Source of the DNA: Eledone cirrhosa
Lineage: Eukaryota
NCBI GenBank assembly: GCA_964016885.1
Contig: OZ024743.1
Location: 284,642,001 to 284,706,000 of the forward strand
Length of the DNA: 64,000 bases
Direction: 5' to 3'
The notes below the pieces were generated by a model. It was given only the letters and a program-made list of their open reading frames with translations. It ran no database searches and was not told the DNA's origin. Position numbers and translations under genes: made by a program. Shown piece by piece: positions 25,124 to 38,345 of the stretch (positions are counted from its first letter, which is position 1; every line of letters starts with the position of its first letter).

Positions 25124-26160
25124 CTAGCGGCCTCCCGGCCTGTACTGTGCTCAAATCTATTTATAAGGCACCTATTGGCATCTATCGTAACGATCATTTT
25201 CCCTGAAATAAAATATGTTATAAGGTATTTAAATATTGCATAACATAATTTCAAAATATAGATATATATTTAGAAAATGTAAATACAAGAAATAATAAAG
25301 AAATCTCCGAGGCTGGGAAAATCCGACCCCGCCCCCTCTACAATTCCGTTTTCGGAAATGAAGGCGATTTCGAGCATGTCGGGGGAGGGGGGGGGGGCAG
25401 ATTAGTTGAAAACACATTAAAAAAAAAATTGGTTAAAAAATCTTTCGTGATCCCCAGCGGATGCTTTTCTATAAATTTAAACGGCTGGGATGTGTTTATC
25501 TGTAACTCCAAGGGTCCTCCTTCCTCGCCACCTCCGTTTTCTGTAAAAGGAGTTGTTAACGAGTGAGTCGGATGTCAGATCGGTGGAAAACGAACGAAAG
25601 TGCCTAGAAAAAAACCCAAAAAAACTCACACAAAATCTCCAAGGCAAGGAAAATCCAAGGATCAACGTCTCGCCACCTCTCTACTATTGAAAATTCGGCC
25701 GAGTTGGAAGTTGGACACCTCGTCGGACATATTTCCTTTTTGTAGCGCAAACATAACAGCATCGGAACCATTGTTGGCGAATTTGCGCACATATTTTATA
25801 GACCCACCACCCCACCCATCCTTCCGTTTTCGGGAAAAAAGGCGATTGCGAGCATGCTGAAGGTCAGATTAGTTGAAACGCGGCTGCTTTTCTATAAAAT
25901 TTAACGGCTGAGATGTACTTATCTGTAACTCCAAGGGTCCCCTCCCTCGCTGCTTCCGTTTTCGGAAAAAGAAGTCGTTGGCGAGTCAGATGTCAGATCG
26001 GCCGACAACAAAGGAAAACACCTAGAAAAGTTTTAGTTAGTTAGAGAGAGGGGGAGGTGGAGTAGTGTTTATTTCGGCCGAACAGACAGTATTTGTGTGC
26101 TAGAAAAAGCAGTAAATTCTCCCACTTCCCGTTTGTGCAAAGTTAGATAAACACATTTAA
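25124..26160 (-). mobile_element. CpG-rich Helitron-like element with a diverged internal direct repeat
   Basis: Minus-strand end GGCCGGGAGGCCG-CTAG|T at 25124; repeat units at ~25322-25610 and ~25801-26029; 5' end unclear. Confidence 0.5.
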
Positions 26161-26406
26161 GATCTAAGGGAGACAACTATTTGTTAAAGCTGTCAGGAGT
26201 TATTCCATCATGGATGGTGCTTCGTAAAAATTGTAAATAAAGACTGAATTAATTTAAAAAAAGAAATATTTTATATATTTTCAATATCTTGTGAGATTTT
26301 ATACAAATGACATTCTGAAACTGCTGCTATAATGCAACTGTTATTGCAGCACACCTGCTATTACTGTTGCAACTACTAAACATTAATAAACTTCCTCCCT
26401 TTAGAC

Positions 26407-26943
26407 CAGCGTTTCTCAACCGGTATTCCCCGGAAGCCTAGGTGTTCCGCAAGAAACGGGGATAAATAAGCTAATCTGTGGTCTCATAAAGGAGCTGCAT
26501 GTTTTTTTGTTTCTTTTGCATTACCATTAAATTTAGCAAGCAGTATCGGTAGAGGGTCGGATGCCATGCTTTCCAGCATAGTTACGTCCCTTAACGATCT
26601 GAGTTCAAATCCCGCTGAGGTTGACTTTGCCTTTCATCCTTACGGGGTCGATAAAATAAAGTACCAGTAATGCACTGTGTAATTGCTGGCCTTGTGCCAA
26701 AAAGTAGAAACAATTAAATTTAGCAAAGGGGTAATTTTTTTCTTTAAACCAGTTATTGGAAAAACATATATTACGTTTACCACGTGAACTACGATACAAA
26801 TATAAAAGAGATAGATATTAATAATGGTATAAAATAATTTTTATGCAGGGGTTCCCTGAGACATGAAAACTATTTCAAGCGTTCCATGAAAAATTTTATT
26901 TTCGAAATATATGTCGCTAATGGAAAACGTTTCGAAAGTTCTG
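26407..26943. mobile_element. hAT (Charlie-like) MITE interrupted by SINE A
   Basis: CAGCGTTTCTCAAC ... GTTTCGAAAGTTCTG; flanks CTTTAGAC / CTCTAAAG resemble the NTCTAGAN target. Confidence 0.65.
26540..26712 (+). mobile_element. SINE family A with 14-bp TSD
   Basis: ATTAAATTTAGCAA at 26526-26539 and 26713-26726. Confidence 0.92.
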
Positions 26944-28135
26944 CTCTAAAGTATGTGTATAAGTGTAATATATAACCATGTAGTTATGAAATTCGTTCCC
27001 CAAATGCCTGGTTTTGGGTTCAATATCATTTTGTAGCATTTTGAAAAAGGGTCGATTACTATATTCCCAAGTCGACCACAACTTTAACAGTGTAATTTTG
27101 TAGATAGAAACTTTGGAAGTGTGTCAGAGTGACTGTCCCTGTTTCAGGGTAGGTGACTTAAGAGATTACTCAATGTAATACCACCACCTTGTTTTTAGGT
27201 ACTTTTACCACAGTCTACTCTGTTACAAACATTCAAACTAATTATCCGGTCTTTGGATAATTTCTTCCTTTCCAGTCATGGAAGCTCTGAGATAAGTCAT
27301 AGGCCCTTCCTCCAATGAGTAAGCCATCATTTAAAAAAAAATCTAGTTTTAACCATACATAACATTGTAACAAATTAATGAACCCAACTAATTTATATTT
27401 CCCCCAAACCAACCAAATGACCAAACATAATTTAACTTATTTTTCATGGTAAAAATGAATGTTAAAATAATGTTAATGATCAAGGATAAGTTAGTGTTGA
27501 GTTAGTAAACACAGGACTCGGCTGTAAGTGGATCTGGGGGTCAAGTAGCATGGTTCTCACAACAGTTAAACATTCTCTCATCATAACACTGGTTTTCATA
27601 ACCACTAGTTTGTAGAACTTAAATGCCTGTGTAATAAGTTAAACAATGAATACAATATGTGCTATAACAGCGATCCATTTTTCTTGTGCTATCTAATTCT
27701 GGCCAGATAAGACACCTCTAATAAACTTTAGTGCCTTGTCCCAGATACCAACAACAATTTTTATGACTTGATATGAGACTAACTATTTTATCCAAGACGT
27801 TAATGTTTGAGTATGCCCGACATGTTTTTCAATTTGAAACCACTTTACTTAAGGGAAAGAACTCTGAAATCTTTTGAGCAATGTCTTTATTGAAATCCTT
27901 TTTATTTATTTTTGTTGATTTTTGTTTCTTTTTTCATTCATATCATTCTTCGAATGTGCTTTATCTACTTCAGGTGATATTTTTAGGAAATATCACAAGT
28001 ACACTGATTATTGAAAGATTGATTGTAGCTAGATAAATAGATAACATAGATGGATAAACTGTTTTCTTTCTTTAGTTTAAAGTTTATATTAATATTTGTT
28101 CCTTTTGATTAGATGCTTCTTAGGTAAAGTTATTG

Positions 28136-28314
28136 TGGCAGTATCGGTAGAGGGTCAGACACCATGCTTTCCTGCATAGTTACGTCCCTTTACGATCTGA
28201 GTTCAAATCCCGCCGAGGTTGACTTTGCCTTTCATCCTTACGGGGTCGATAAAATAAAGTACCAGTAATGCACTGGGTAATTGCTGGCCTTGTGCCTAAA
28301 GTAGAAACAGTTAT
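28136..28314 (+). mobile_element. SINE family A
   Basis: Near-identical to the 13683 copy. Confidence 0.9.
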
Positions 28315-28924
28315 TTAGAGGGAAAATATAGTCAGCTGAATCAACCCAAGCATATTACTGATATTAGTATTTACTTTACATCGAAAGGATAGGAAGTAAA
28401 GCCATTTTTAGCAATATTTGAACAAACATGTAAAGGTTTGAAACCAAATACAAAAAAGCATTTCGTCTAGCAGTCTACCATCTGCAAATATTAAAAATAA
28501 ACTTCTGCTTTATTGGCAAATATTCTACTGATAACCTCCTTCTCATATGTGACTGTTATATTGGGCGTTTATTATTCTTGCTCATCCATGCTTTTATGCT
28601 TCTGCTACCTAGAACTTATTGGCTCTAATCCAATCTGCTTCAAACTTTCATCCATTAATCCTTCCCTTCATCATTTCTAAGGCCTTTGGTTGTTTTTATT
28701 TGACTAGAAACAAAGCAATAGTACTATCTTAGCTAGACCACCTGGTATAATTGACTTAATTATCCTCAGTATATTGCTGAAGATATTTTTTTAATAGCTC
28801 TGACTAGATGAATCGATCAACAGTCGATCGACAAGATCCCATACCTTGTCAAATTGGATTGAGGAAACAATGTTTCCATTGGTCTTTCCAATTGCTAATA
28901 TATCTACCAGTTGCAAATCCAGCC

Positions 28925-29050
28925 AGAAGGAACAATGTGAAATAAAGTGTCTTGCTCAAGGACAGAACCCATCAGCTGGTCCAGGAATCAAACTCACAAC
29001 CTCATGATTGCGAATCCAATTCTCTAACCACTCAGTCAAGGGCCTTCACT
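28925..29050 (-). mobile_element. CORE-like SINE head fragment (related to family B)
   Basis: AATGTGAAATAAAGTGTCTTGCTCAAGG ... CTCTAACCACT. Confidence 0.7.
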
Positions 29051-29171
29051 ACTAGATGAATAGCAAAGTTAATTCCAATGGAATGTGATAAAATTAAACC
29101 CTACAAACGATTTTGTCAAGTAATTATGTTGCCACTGAAAGTTTTTATTAATTTGGTTCATTTTATATTGA

Positions 29172-29381
29172 TATCTGATTTAGGTACAAGGCCAACAATT
29201 TTGGCGGGAGGGAAAAGTTGATTAAATTGATCCCAGTGTATTACTGGTGCTTTATTTTATCGGGCCCCATATGGATGAAAGGCAAATCTAACCATGGAGA
29301 TATTTGAACTCAGAATGTAAAGGGGCGTAACTCTATGCTGCAAAGCATGTTGACCAATTCTTTATTGATACTGCCATTTCC
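29172..29381 (-). mobile_element. SINE family A (older)
   Basis: Reverse complement of the family core and head. Confidence 0.8.
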
Positions 29382-29400
29382 ACATCTTGAAGTACCCTAA

Positions 29401-29571
29401 TAATAATTGTTTGTACTTTTGGCACAAGGCCAGCAATTACCCCAGTGCATTACTGGTACTTTATTTTATCAACCCTGTAAGGATAAAAAGATAATGTTAA
29501 CCTCGGCAGGATTTGGACTCAGACCGTAAAGGGCTGTCACTCCATGCTGCAAGGCATGGCATCCGACCCTT
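29401..29571 (-). mobile_element. SINE family A
   Basis: Reverse complement of the young consensus. Confidence 0.85.
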
Positions 29572-29906
29572 GGGAGAAGGGTATAGCTGATTTAATCAAT
29601 TGCAGTATTTGACTAATACTTATTTTATTGACCCTTAAAAGATGTCAGGAAAAGTTAATCCTGGCATGATTTGAATTCACAATGTAATGAAGCAAAACTA
29701 AATACTGGCTGGTTGTCCCTTTGCTTTCTGAGTTCAAAAAGTCTAGGGTTGATTTTGCCTTTCATCCTTCAAGGATCAATAAAATAAGTATCAGTAATAT
29801 CCTAGGATTAATTTTAATCGACTGTTCTTATCTCCCAAACCTTTCAAGAAAATATTTCTGTTTTAAAAAAAATAGGTTAGACATTATTACTATTATTATT
29901 AATTTA

Positions 29907-30096
29907 ATAAGGGCGGTGAATTGGCAGTATTGGTAGAGGGTTGGACGCCATGCTTTCTAGCATAGTTACGTCCCTTTACAGTCTGAGTTCAAAACCCGCC
30001 GAGGTTAACTTTGCCTTTCATCATTACGAGGTCGATAAAATAAAGTACCAGTAATGTACTGGGTAATTGCTGGCCTTGTGCCTAAAGTAGAAACAA
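29907..30096 (+). mobile_element. SINE family A, full length
   Basis: GGGCGGTGAATTGGCAG head; TATTATTATTAATTT on both flanks. Confidence 0.9.
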
Positions 30097-30891
30097 TTAT
30101 TATTATTAATTTTGTTTGTTGAGCAATTTCGGTCAGTTCTGTGGTGGTAATTAATTAAGAGTTTGATTAGCTTTCTGTCATGGCTATCCTTTCAACATAT
30201 GCTCTTCATTTTAAAGTTGATAGAGAATTTATTGGTGGAAATTTGACAGCTAGATTTAGCAGATCAAATAACTATATAGAAGCTTCATTATTGATTTTTA
30301 TACCAAGTGTCTGTATCTTGTATCTACTAATAGTGATTAACCCTATTTGAAAAGAAAAATGCATAGTGGTGTTCATATGTTTTGTAAAAGCGGTAATGAC
30401 AAGATAAAAGTGAGTTGCTAGAAATTTATCATTATTCTTTGACATTTGCCAACAAGGAAGCCTCTATGCAGTCACTCAATCTGCTAAAATAGAAGCCACA
30501 TTTTCCTCAAATAATACTCTACCAATATCATTTTAAAGAAAAAAAAGGACATTCATCAGTGTTCTGGATATACAAAACAATGGGTTGGTCATAGTGAGAA
30601 TGCTTTTAAACATAGATCAAGTTTGAATTGTGGCTAAACAACATGAGCCATAGGATGGGATGACAGGGATGCCTGTTGCATATTAATAGTAAAGTGGGCA
30701 CTAACATACTTGATGTAGTAAGCAATTTTATTAAATACATTCTATATCTAATTAATTTAAATTTATGAGTTGTTTCCCTTGCCTTTCTTGATCACAATTA
30801 GTCATTAAAATAATGATTTTTTTTCATTTAGGGTATAATTCTAATTAATTGTAATTTCTTGGCTCATTGCATCAACTGTGTTAGTACTTAC

Positions 30892-30920
30892 TTTACGACT
30901 GGAATAAAGATATATGTTGT
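30892..30920 (-). other. Candidate 29-nt host exon
   Basis: T-rich tract, TTCTGACATCTTTTACAG acceptor and AAA|GTAAGT donor; no transcript evidence. Confidence 0.3.
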
Positions 30921-31248
30921 CTGTAAAAGATGTCAGAATTTATTTAAAAAAAAAAAAAGAATTAAAAAAAATATTTTATAGTGTCTGCTGACATAGACCA
31001 CAGTTTCTGGCAAACTCAGTTTTTTTTTATTTCACTCATATTGCAAAAGTTCATTAAAAAGACAAATTTCATGCAGTCTACCCCCCCCCCCCCCCTTTTT
31101 TTTTCCTCTGTCGATGTAAAACCTTGTGTCTGCATATGAAATTTACAATATTGTTGGTAGTAAATCCACTACAGTAGTTAGTATTGCCTCTATTTTGTGC
31201 TGAAACATTACTAGGATCAGCTTTGCTTTTCATAATTTCAAGTTTATT

Positions 31249-31467
31249 AATAATAATGAAAATATTGTGTACAGTGCTCAGGTGCACTACAACTCATCAA
31301 AAAGTGTATGTATAGTACATAGGGTAATGTACAAACGTCAGGAAAATGAACAGTCATGATATACACATGTGTGCATGTGTATGGAAGGAGTACATCAGGT
31401 GTAGTTTTGGCGAATTTCGGGAAGCATGAGGGTTTTAAAGGATGCAGTGTCTCGGCAGCTAACAACT
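31249..31467 (-). mobile_element. CR1 LINE 3' end
   Basis: Near-identical to 23437-23660. Confidence 0.88.
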
Positions 31468-32299
31468 TATGAAATAAGTACCAGTTATATATTGAGATAA
31501 ATTCAAACAACCATTGTGCTCCATTTTAAATGTTGACTTGCTATAAATAATATAGATATTATAATCACTTAATCATGGTGTTTCTGTTTAATTAGCTAAT
31601 TTAAAAAAAATGATATGGAACAAAAATGCTTTGTAATTCTGTTTGAGTTTTTATTGAAGGTTTCATCTCTTTTAGTTAATATATCAAGAGAAAGTTGAGA
31701 TCATCCTTTGCTAAGCTTTATAGTTTGACTATATTTACAGGTGCAAGGTATTGGTGAAATAAAATGGTTCAATCTGCCACCCCACCTTTAATGAAACCAC
31801 TGCAATTTCCTTATCAGGATCTTACTATATATCTATAGTACTTGCAATCAGATCTAACAAATGTAACTTTAACAATATAATGAAGAAATTTCTTCAGTAG
31901 ATATATTTATCTCTCATCCTCCTCATACCACACAAATAAAGCACATTTCCTAAACTCCACACTAAACACTTTTCATAATCCCTTTTTATGATAGGTTCCT
32001 TTAGAAATTTCACAATTCTATTCAAGTTGAATATTAGTTCCAGTAACCTAGCCCAGCTATCCTAGTTGCCTTTTTTTCTACATATTTTATATCAGTCCTC
32101 ATAGATACTCAAAGTTAGCATTTAAAGTAGATGAGCTATGAATTTCACATTGGGATGTACTCTGCTGCATGTGATTCCTAGTAACTATTTTGTTTTTTAG
32201 CCAGTGATCAGCTTTGATAGAACAAAAGTGTTCCAGTCCTGACCAGGCCATCTTTTTTTCAGACAGTGTATCTTGGACTACATTAGATGTTATTATTAA

Positions 32300-32490
32300 C
32301 GGTGGATTGGCAGTATCGGTAAGGGTCGGACGCCATGCTTTGAAGCATAGAGTTACCTCCCTTTATGATCTAAGTTCAAATCCCGCCGAGGTTAACTTTG
32401 CCTTTCATCCTTACGGGGTCGATAAAATAAAGTACCAGTAATGCACTGGTATAATTGCTGGCCTTATGCCAAAAGTAGAAACAATTATTA
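32300..32490 (+). mobile_element. SINE family A
   Basis: A/B boxes, core and tail. Confidence 0.9.
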
Positions 32491-32664
32491 ACTAATTAAG
32501 TAACCAGTAAAGGATCCTTCATTAGCTAATCTCAGTAACTATTTTCCAGTTAGGTCAATCAAATAATGTAGAAATAATTTTCCTTAGAAACAAATAGATT
32601 ACAATTGATATGAACTTATTACTTACGAACCAGTACTTCAATACTCATCAGTTATTTTGATATA

Positions 32665-33530
32665 CAGGTAAAATTCTGTTATAGTGAACACCATTATAAC
32701 AAATTTTTCAGTATAACGATTTTTTTTCAATACCCACAGTAATAACAAACAAACACTCGATTTGTTTTAGTCAATCTTGTTATAAAGAATTTTTCGTTAC
32801 AGCGAATTTTTTTTATACCCCATGAAATTCGTTATAATAATAATGAAATTATTGTGTAAAGTGCTCAGGTGCACTACAACTCGTCAAAGGTGCATGTATA
32901 GTACATAGAATAATACACAAATGTCAGGGAAGTGAATAGTGTATGAGTCACGATATACATGTGTGTTCATGTGTATGGAAGGGGGACATCAGGTGTAATT
33001 TTGGCGAATTTCGGGAAGCATGGAGGTTTTAAAGGATGCAGTGTCTCGACAGCTAACAACTGATGCAGGTAGTTTGTTCCATGCTTCAGCAACTCTGAGC
33101 GTGAAAAAATGTTTCCGAAAGTCATGGGAACTGTGCTGTTTTCTGACTTTGTGGGCATGTCCACGTGTGTTAGACACATGGAAATCAAAAAGGTACTCAG
33201 GGTTGTTGTTGGCAAGATGGTTAACAATTTTGAGGGTGTTTACCAAGTCAGTTGCCAGGTGTCGGAGTTTCAATGTATGCAAGGTGTTCAGAGTATGGTA
33301 GATGCCTGATGGAGGGTATTCGCTTGGTTGCACGTCTCTGAACAGTTTCCAGGCGGTCAATGATCTGAGCAAGATATGGGTTCCAGACTGGTGATGCAAA
33401 TTCTAAGTGTGGCCGCACCATAACCATGTACAGCCTTAAATAGATAGCTGGAGAGCGGCTGACAAAGGTCTTGCTGAGTGACGCTAAGACACCCTCAGCC
33501 TTCTTGACAATTTATAACAGAATTTCCCTG
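32665..33530. mobile_element. pogo/Tigger-like MITE split by CR1
   Basis: TA|CAGGTAAAATTCTGTTATA ... TTATAACAGAATTTCCCTG|TA. Confidence 0.75.
32838..33511 (-). mobile_element. CR1 LINE 3' fragment
   Basis: Homologous to 23437-24125; TTATAA on both sides (32832-32837 and 33512-33517). Confidence 0.9.
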
Positions 33531-33569
33531 TAATAATAATGAAAATTATTGTGTACAGTGCTCAGGTGC
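33531..33569 (-). mobile_element. Minimal CR1 3' tip
   Basis: TAATAATAATGAAAATTATTGTGTACAGTGCTCAGGTGC. Confidence 0.75.
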
Positions 33570-33644
33570 TATAGAAGAAACATATAATTGATTGATTTAT
33601 TTTATCATTAAATATTTCCAGACTATGCTCCTTCCTCCCTTCTC

Positions 33645-33900
33645 AGACTAAGAGTTTCTTTTTTTATTGAACTAGTCTGGAGGAAGGAGATGTGACGTTT
33701 GCAGACCCTACCAAAATAATGAGGTCGCTGTGGGTAACGCTCCTCTTGAACTGTTGCAAGTCGACAACTGCTGGAAAAACAAGTGCAGGGAGGGAATTCC
33801 GCAGAGCTAACATTCTGGAGAGAAGGAAGGACTGGATGTAGTAGTTAGTGCAGGGCCTGGGATTGTGAAACTATATGTGTGACAAGAAGAGACACTGGCA
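33645..33900 (-). mobile_element. 3' end of a different CR1-group (Zenon/Crack-like) LINE
   Basis: Translates PCTNYYIQSFLLSRMLALRNSLPALVFPAVVDLQQFKRSV, followed by AATAAA and an A-tail. Confidence 0.6.
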
Positions 33901-35306
33901 TAATTCCAGTTTCTGTAGAAGAAACATAAACTGGATTTCAACCATTTCTTGAGGCGCCTCAAGAAATGCTTGAAATCCACAGTTTAACTCCAGTTTCATG
34001 GTGTGAAGCGATGAGCAATGGACTAGTTCCCTATCCAGAGAGGGGTGTAATTTGAATACAATTCTCTTAGATATAGTATATATTCCCAAAAGCTTGGTGA
34101 ATTGAAGTATATAGATAAAAGAATCATTCCCCAAAACACAAAATTACCCACACTAAATTTGAACTAAAAATCCATGTGTAGGTTGTTCAGTAATTTTCTC
34201 AGTTAATCACTTCACTTTTATGTTGATTGAATCAACTCCAGTGTATTACTGTGTATTCTTGTCTTATTGATTGCTGAAAGATGAAAGGCTAAGACAACTC
34301 TGGTGGAACACAAACTTGGGACATAGTTGACTAAAAATAAATATTACTGGCAATTTAGCTTAAAATTGTACTATTTCTAGCAAGTAAGCTTTTGTTTTCT
34401 TTTGTCAGCATTTATTTATTTATTGGTATTATTATTTATTTTTATTTATTCATTTATCTTCTTTTTTTTTGGCTTCAAAACTTAGAATAACTGAGAAAAA
34501 ATTCCTCAGATTTCCATTTTACTTCCACCTGCAGATTGTTCTGCATATTGTATGTGTGGTTATTATTGATGTTGCATGTTAATGTCATTCCAGTCTCCTG
34601 ATCATGAGTCACTTTTCTGATGGTTTTGACAGTAAAAATATCATATTAGCATTCCATGTTACCTTTTTACACAAGGATGCAAAAACGAAACAGTGCATTG
34701 CTCATTATCCTCTGCTATACCAGTGCATCATTTTTTTCTCCTTTTCTTTGTGTTTGTAAGTATGTATGTGTCTGCCTGTCTCTGTGAATGGTGTCTCAGT
34801 CAGACTGCATATATTAGTATATTAGTAGTGGTTATGATCTGTGCAAGTGACATATTTGATGCTTCTTCCAGCTGATGCTGAGTGACTCAACAGACATTCA
34901 ATCCAACCAAAGTACTCATGCATTCTTCTCAGCAGTATATATTAATAAGAAGCAGCATTTAAGGAGGAAGAGGTAGTTAAAGTGTCAACTTATAAGACAC
35001 AAGTTATTTTGTAACTCACATGTACTCATGTCTCCTTGAGCAAAGTAATTCAACTAATTATGGTTAGAATGAATGAGTCGGTTTTAATAGGCCTTAAAAT
35101 ATCTAACTAGAGATGTCATTAACTTTGGTATTTAAGAAGACACAAAAACGATAATTAGGAAGCAGTATTGAGTAGTGATGGGAGTTGGGGGAGTTATAGA
35201 TGAAGTAAGCTAGTATTTGAAACAAGAATTATGATTCTTACTCAAACACTACATTTTCTTTTAACAGTGTTTCCCAAAGTGGGTTCTAGAAAAAAATTCT
35301 GGGTTT

Positions 35307-35622
35307 ATAATAATAATAATAATGAAATTATTGTGTACAGTGCTCAGGTGTACTATAACTCATCAAAGGTGCATGTATAGTACATAGAATAATGTACAAA
35401 TGTCAGGAAAGTGAACAGTGCACAAGTCATGAGATACACACAGATACATGTGTGCATGTGTATGGAAGGGAAATATCAGGTGCAATGTTGGCGAATTTCA
35501 GGAAGCATGGAGGTTTTAAAGGATGCAGTGTCCTGGCAGCTAACAACTGATGAAGGCAGTTTGTTCCATGCTTCAGCAACTTTGAGCATGAAAAAATGTT
35601 TCCAAAATTCATGGGAGCTGTG
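35307..35622 (-). mobile_element. CR1 LINE 3' end
   Basis: Homologous to 23437-23735. Confidence 0.88.
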
Positions 35623-35830
35623 TGATAAGTTAGTAAAAAATTTTTTATATGAATAAATTCTTACTCTAAAACAATTTTTGTTTCATTTAGGCCTTTTGAT
35701 ACCAAATAGTTTGAAACTGCCCCTGGTTTTGTAATACAAAGCTGCTTATTTTCAAGTGTTTATATTTATCTAAAAACCCTCCATCATAATTTGTTAAGTT
35801 ATGTCCCAAACACTAGCTTAATCCTTTTGA

Positions 35831-35975
35831 TGCATAGAGTTACGGCCCTTGTCATTCTGAGTTCAAATCCCGCCGAGGTTAACTTTGCCTTTCATCCTTA
35901 CGGGGTCGATAAAATAAAGTACCAGTAATACACTGGGTAATTGCTGGCCTTGTGCCAAAAGTAGAAACAATTATT
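35831..35975 (+). mobile_element. SINE family A, 5'-truncated
   Basis: B box, core and tail. Confidence 0.88.
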
Positions 35976-38345
35976 AATAAAGTGTTTAGATTTTTCATTA
36001 TCTTCAAAATTATTTAAAAATCACAAGCAGTGTCTTTCATTATAAATATGGTAACAAAATTAGTTATTGGTTCTGTGATTTTTTAAACACAGCAAAATAG
36101 GTTGGGGAATCATTGCCTTAAAGCATAAAGTTTACATGTTTAAATCTTTCACAAGCATTATGTTGTGCTCATGGGTAAGGTATTTTAATCTTTTTTCTGT
36201 ATTAGCCAACATGTTTAACTGTATTGGATAGTACTGAATTGCATTTCAACAAAGGTTTTTATGCATCTGATACAGAGTACATAGCTGTATATAATTATTA
36301 TACTGAGGGAATTGCATAGTTCATCAGTATGAGTAACAAGAACACTGTATAAATGATGTCTTATTAGTTTACTGAGTTAACTCTGATTAGCTTCTGGAGA
36401 ATGTATTTATCTCACTGGTTGTATTAATATCCATGATACACCTCAAGCCAATATCCCAATAATTCATCTCTGAGTTACAGAAACACTGAAACACCCTTAA
36501 AAACATATTTTCTAACATATTGTAAAAGTACTCCTTGGCAACTGATGGAAAATTGAGGTTATTGAGTCACTAATATATCTATTCCAAGAAATACATATCT
36601 GTCCAACCCATAAATGCTGAAAGAACTGATGTAAACTGAACAAAAAGATGATGAAAGTCGAAATATAAATGAAAGAAAATCAATTACTTATATCAATAAT
36701 AGAACAGAGCAACCTGCAATGTGAAATAATGAAGGCTATGTTTAATTTCAATCCTTGTCAATATTATTTTTACAACAGTTAAATAAACTAAAGTAATTCG
36801 ATAAATCTATTACAGCCTTTCTCCTTCTCATTAGATGTTTTTACATTTATTTTACAATACTACATGTATTTTTGTTATTTGTTCTTGATAGTTCATATAA
36901 CAACAGTGAACATTAACAGCACCAGTGATAAGATGTTATGTAAATTTGTTTAGTGTTCCATATTTACATTTACAACAGACTGGAAAAGGGGCCGTGATTT
37001 ACTGAAATAATCTTGTTTCATTGGAAGCAAACAGTTGATCCTTTAAAGATACAGAGATAAAAGATACCTGATAAGATAGTGTGTGTCTGTTGTATCAAGA
37101 CCCTTACTCTCACCACAATCCATTAGGATACTTGTCTCACATAATCCTTTAGTTAATTAATCCTTTTGCAAACCACAAAGTATTTAGTTGCAGTTTTAAG
37201 TAGATGAAAAATCAATTTTTCTTTAGATAAGATACAAGATTCTAATAAAATGAGGCAATGCTGAATGAATTGTCTGTCTAGAGAAGCAACAAAATACTGA
37301 CCATAGATAAGAATGCAGTTCATAGATCAAAATTTGAGTAATTAATATCAGTAATTGCTTCTTTAACTGTTGTTGCCTAGTTGAATTTTAAATCTTAAAT
37401 ATGAAAACAAACTAATTAAATTACTTATTATAAATATATATTTAAAATGTGAAATTATCTCATAATGAATGAAGATCTTAGTAATGAAAAGTGTATCTTT
37501 GTCACAAAAGTTAGAGACCCAGTGGAACTAACAGCTGTTGATATCAAAGAAAAGATAGTATGTTAAGCAATTAAGAAGATATACTAAACTGAAGGACTTC
37601 CAAGAAAGCATCAGAATGGGATTTCGCCATACTCTTTACTCACTTTCTTAACTCTTTGATGCCTATGATTCTAACAAGTATTCCTTAAGCATTTCAATTA
37701 ATTTGCAATATAATGAAAACTTTTGAGTGGTTTAATAAACTATCTATAACTATTTATATCAATGGACACCACCATGATATATTCTATCTGAAAATTTACA
37801 GTATACTGAGCTATTTGTTTGAGATTTATATTAAAACCGATCCATCATATTTTGTAAAGATAATATCAGGTGGATTGATATCAAAAGGATTAACTAATCA
37901 GAATATGTGGGAAGGTTTTATCTGTTGATAAGAATAACAATACTGCATTGCAGCAGCATTGTTAGCTACTACAAAGTTCATGATAAAGCCAGATTGCTGT
38001 AAATTAATGAACCAAAATATAATGGCGTGAAAGAAGTTATAGTAAAAGTAATGCAGGCAAGATAAATTTTATACAAGGGTATGAAACAAAATAGTACTTT
38101 TCAGGAGAGAAAACTGCTATAAAAAAAGTAATTTCATTTTCATATATATATATATATTTTTTCATAACCAAGTATTCTTATAGTCATGATCTGTTGCCAG
38201 CTCAATCAGTTAGGAATTTAGAGTTTGAGTAGGTTATCCTCAAAACTCTTTTCTACATCCTAGTTTTTGAAGTAATGCTATAAACATTCAGGACAGAATG
38301 TCAGTGTAATTTAGGATGGGGTAAGGTGCAGGTAAATGGTGCCAC

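Larger units (their letters stand above)
35266..36116. mobile_element. hAT MITE containing a CR1 end, a TTAA-type MITE and SINE A
   Basis: CAGTGTTTCCCAAAGT ... GGTTGGGGAATCATTG. Confidence 0.5.
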
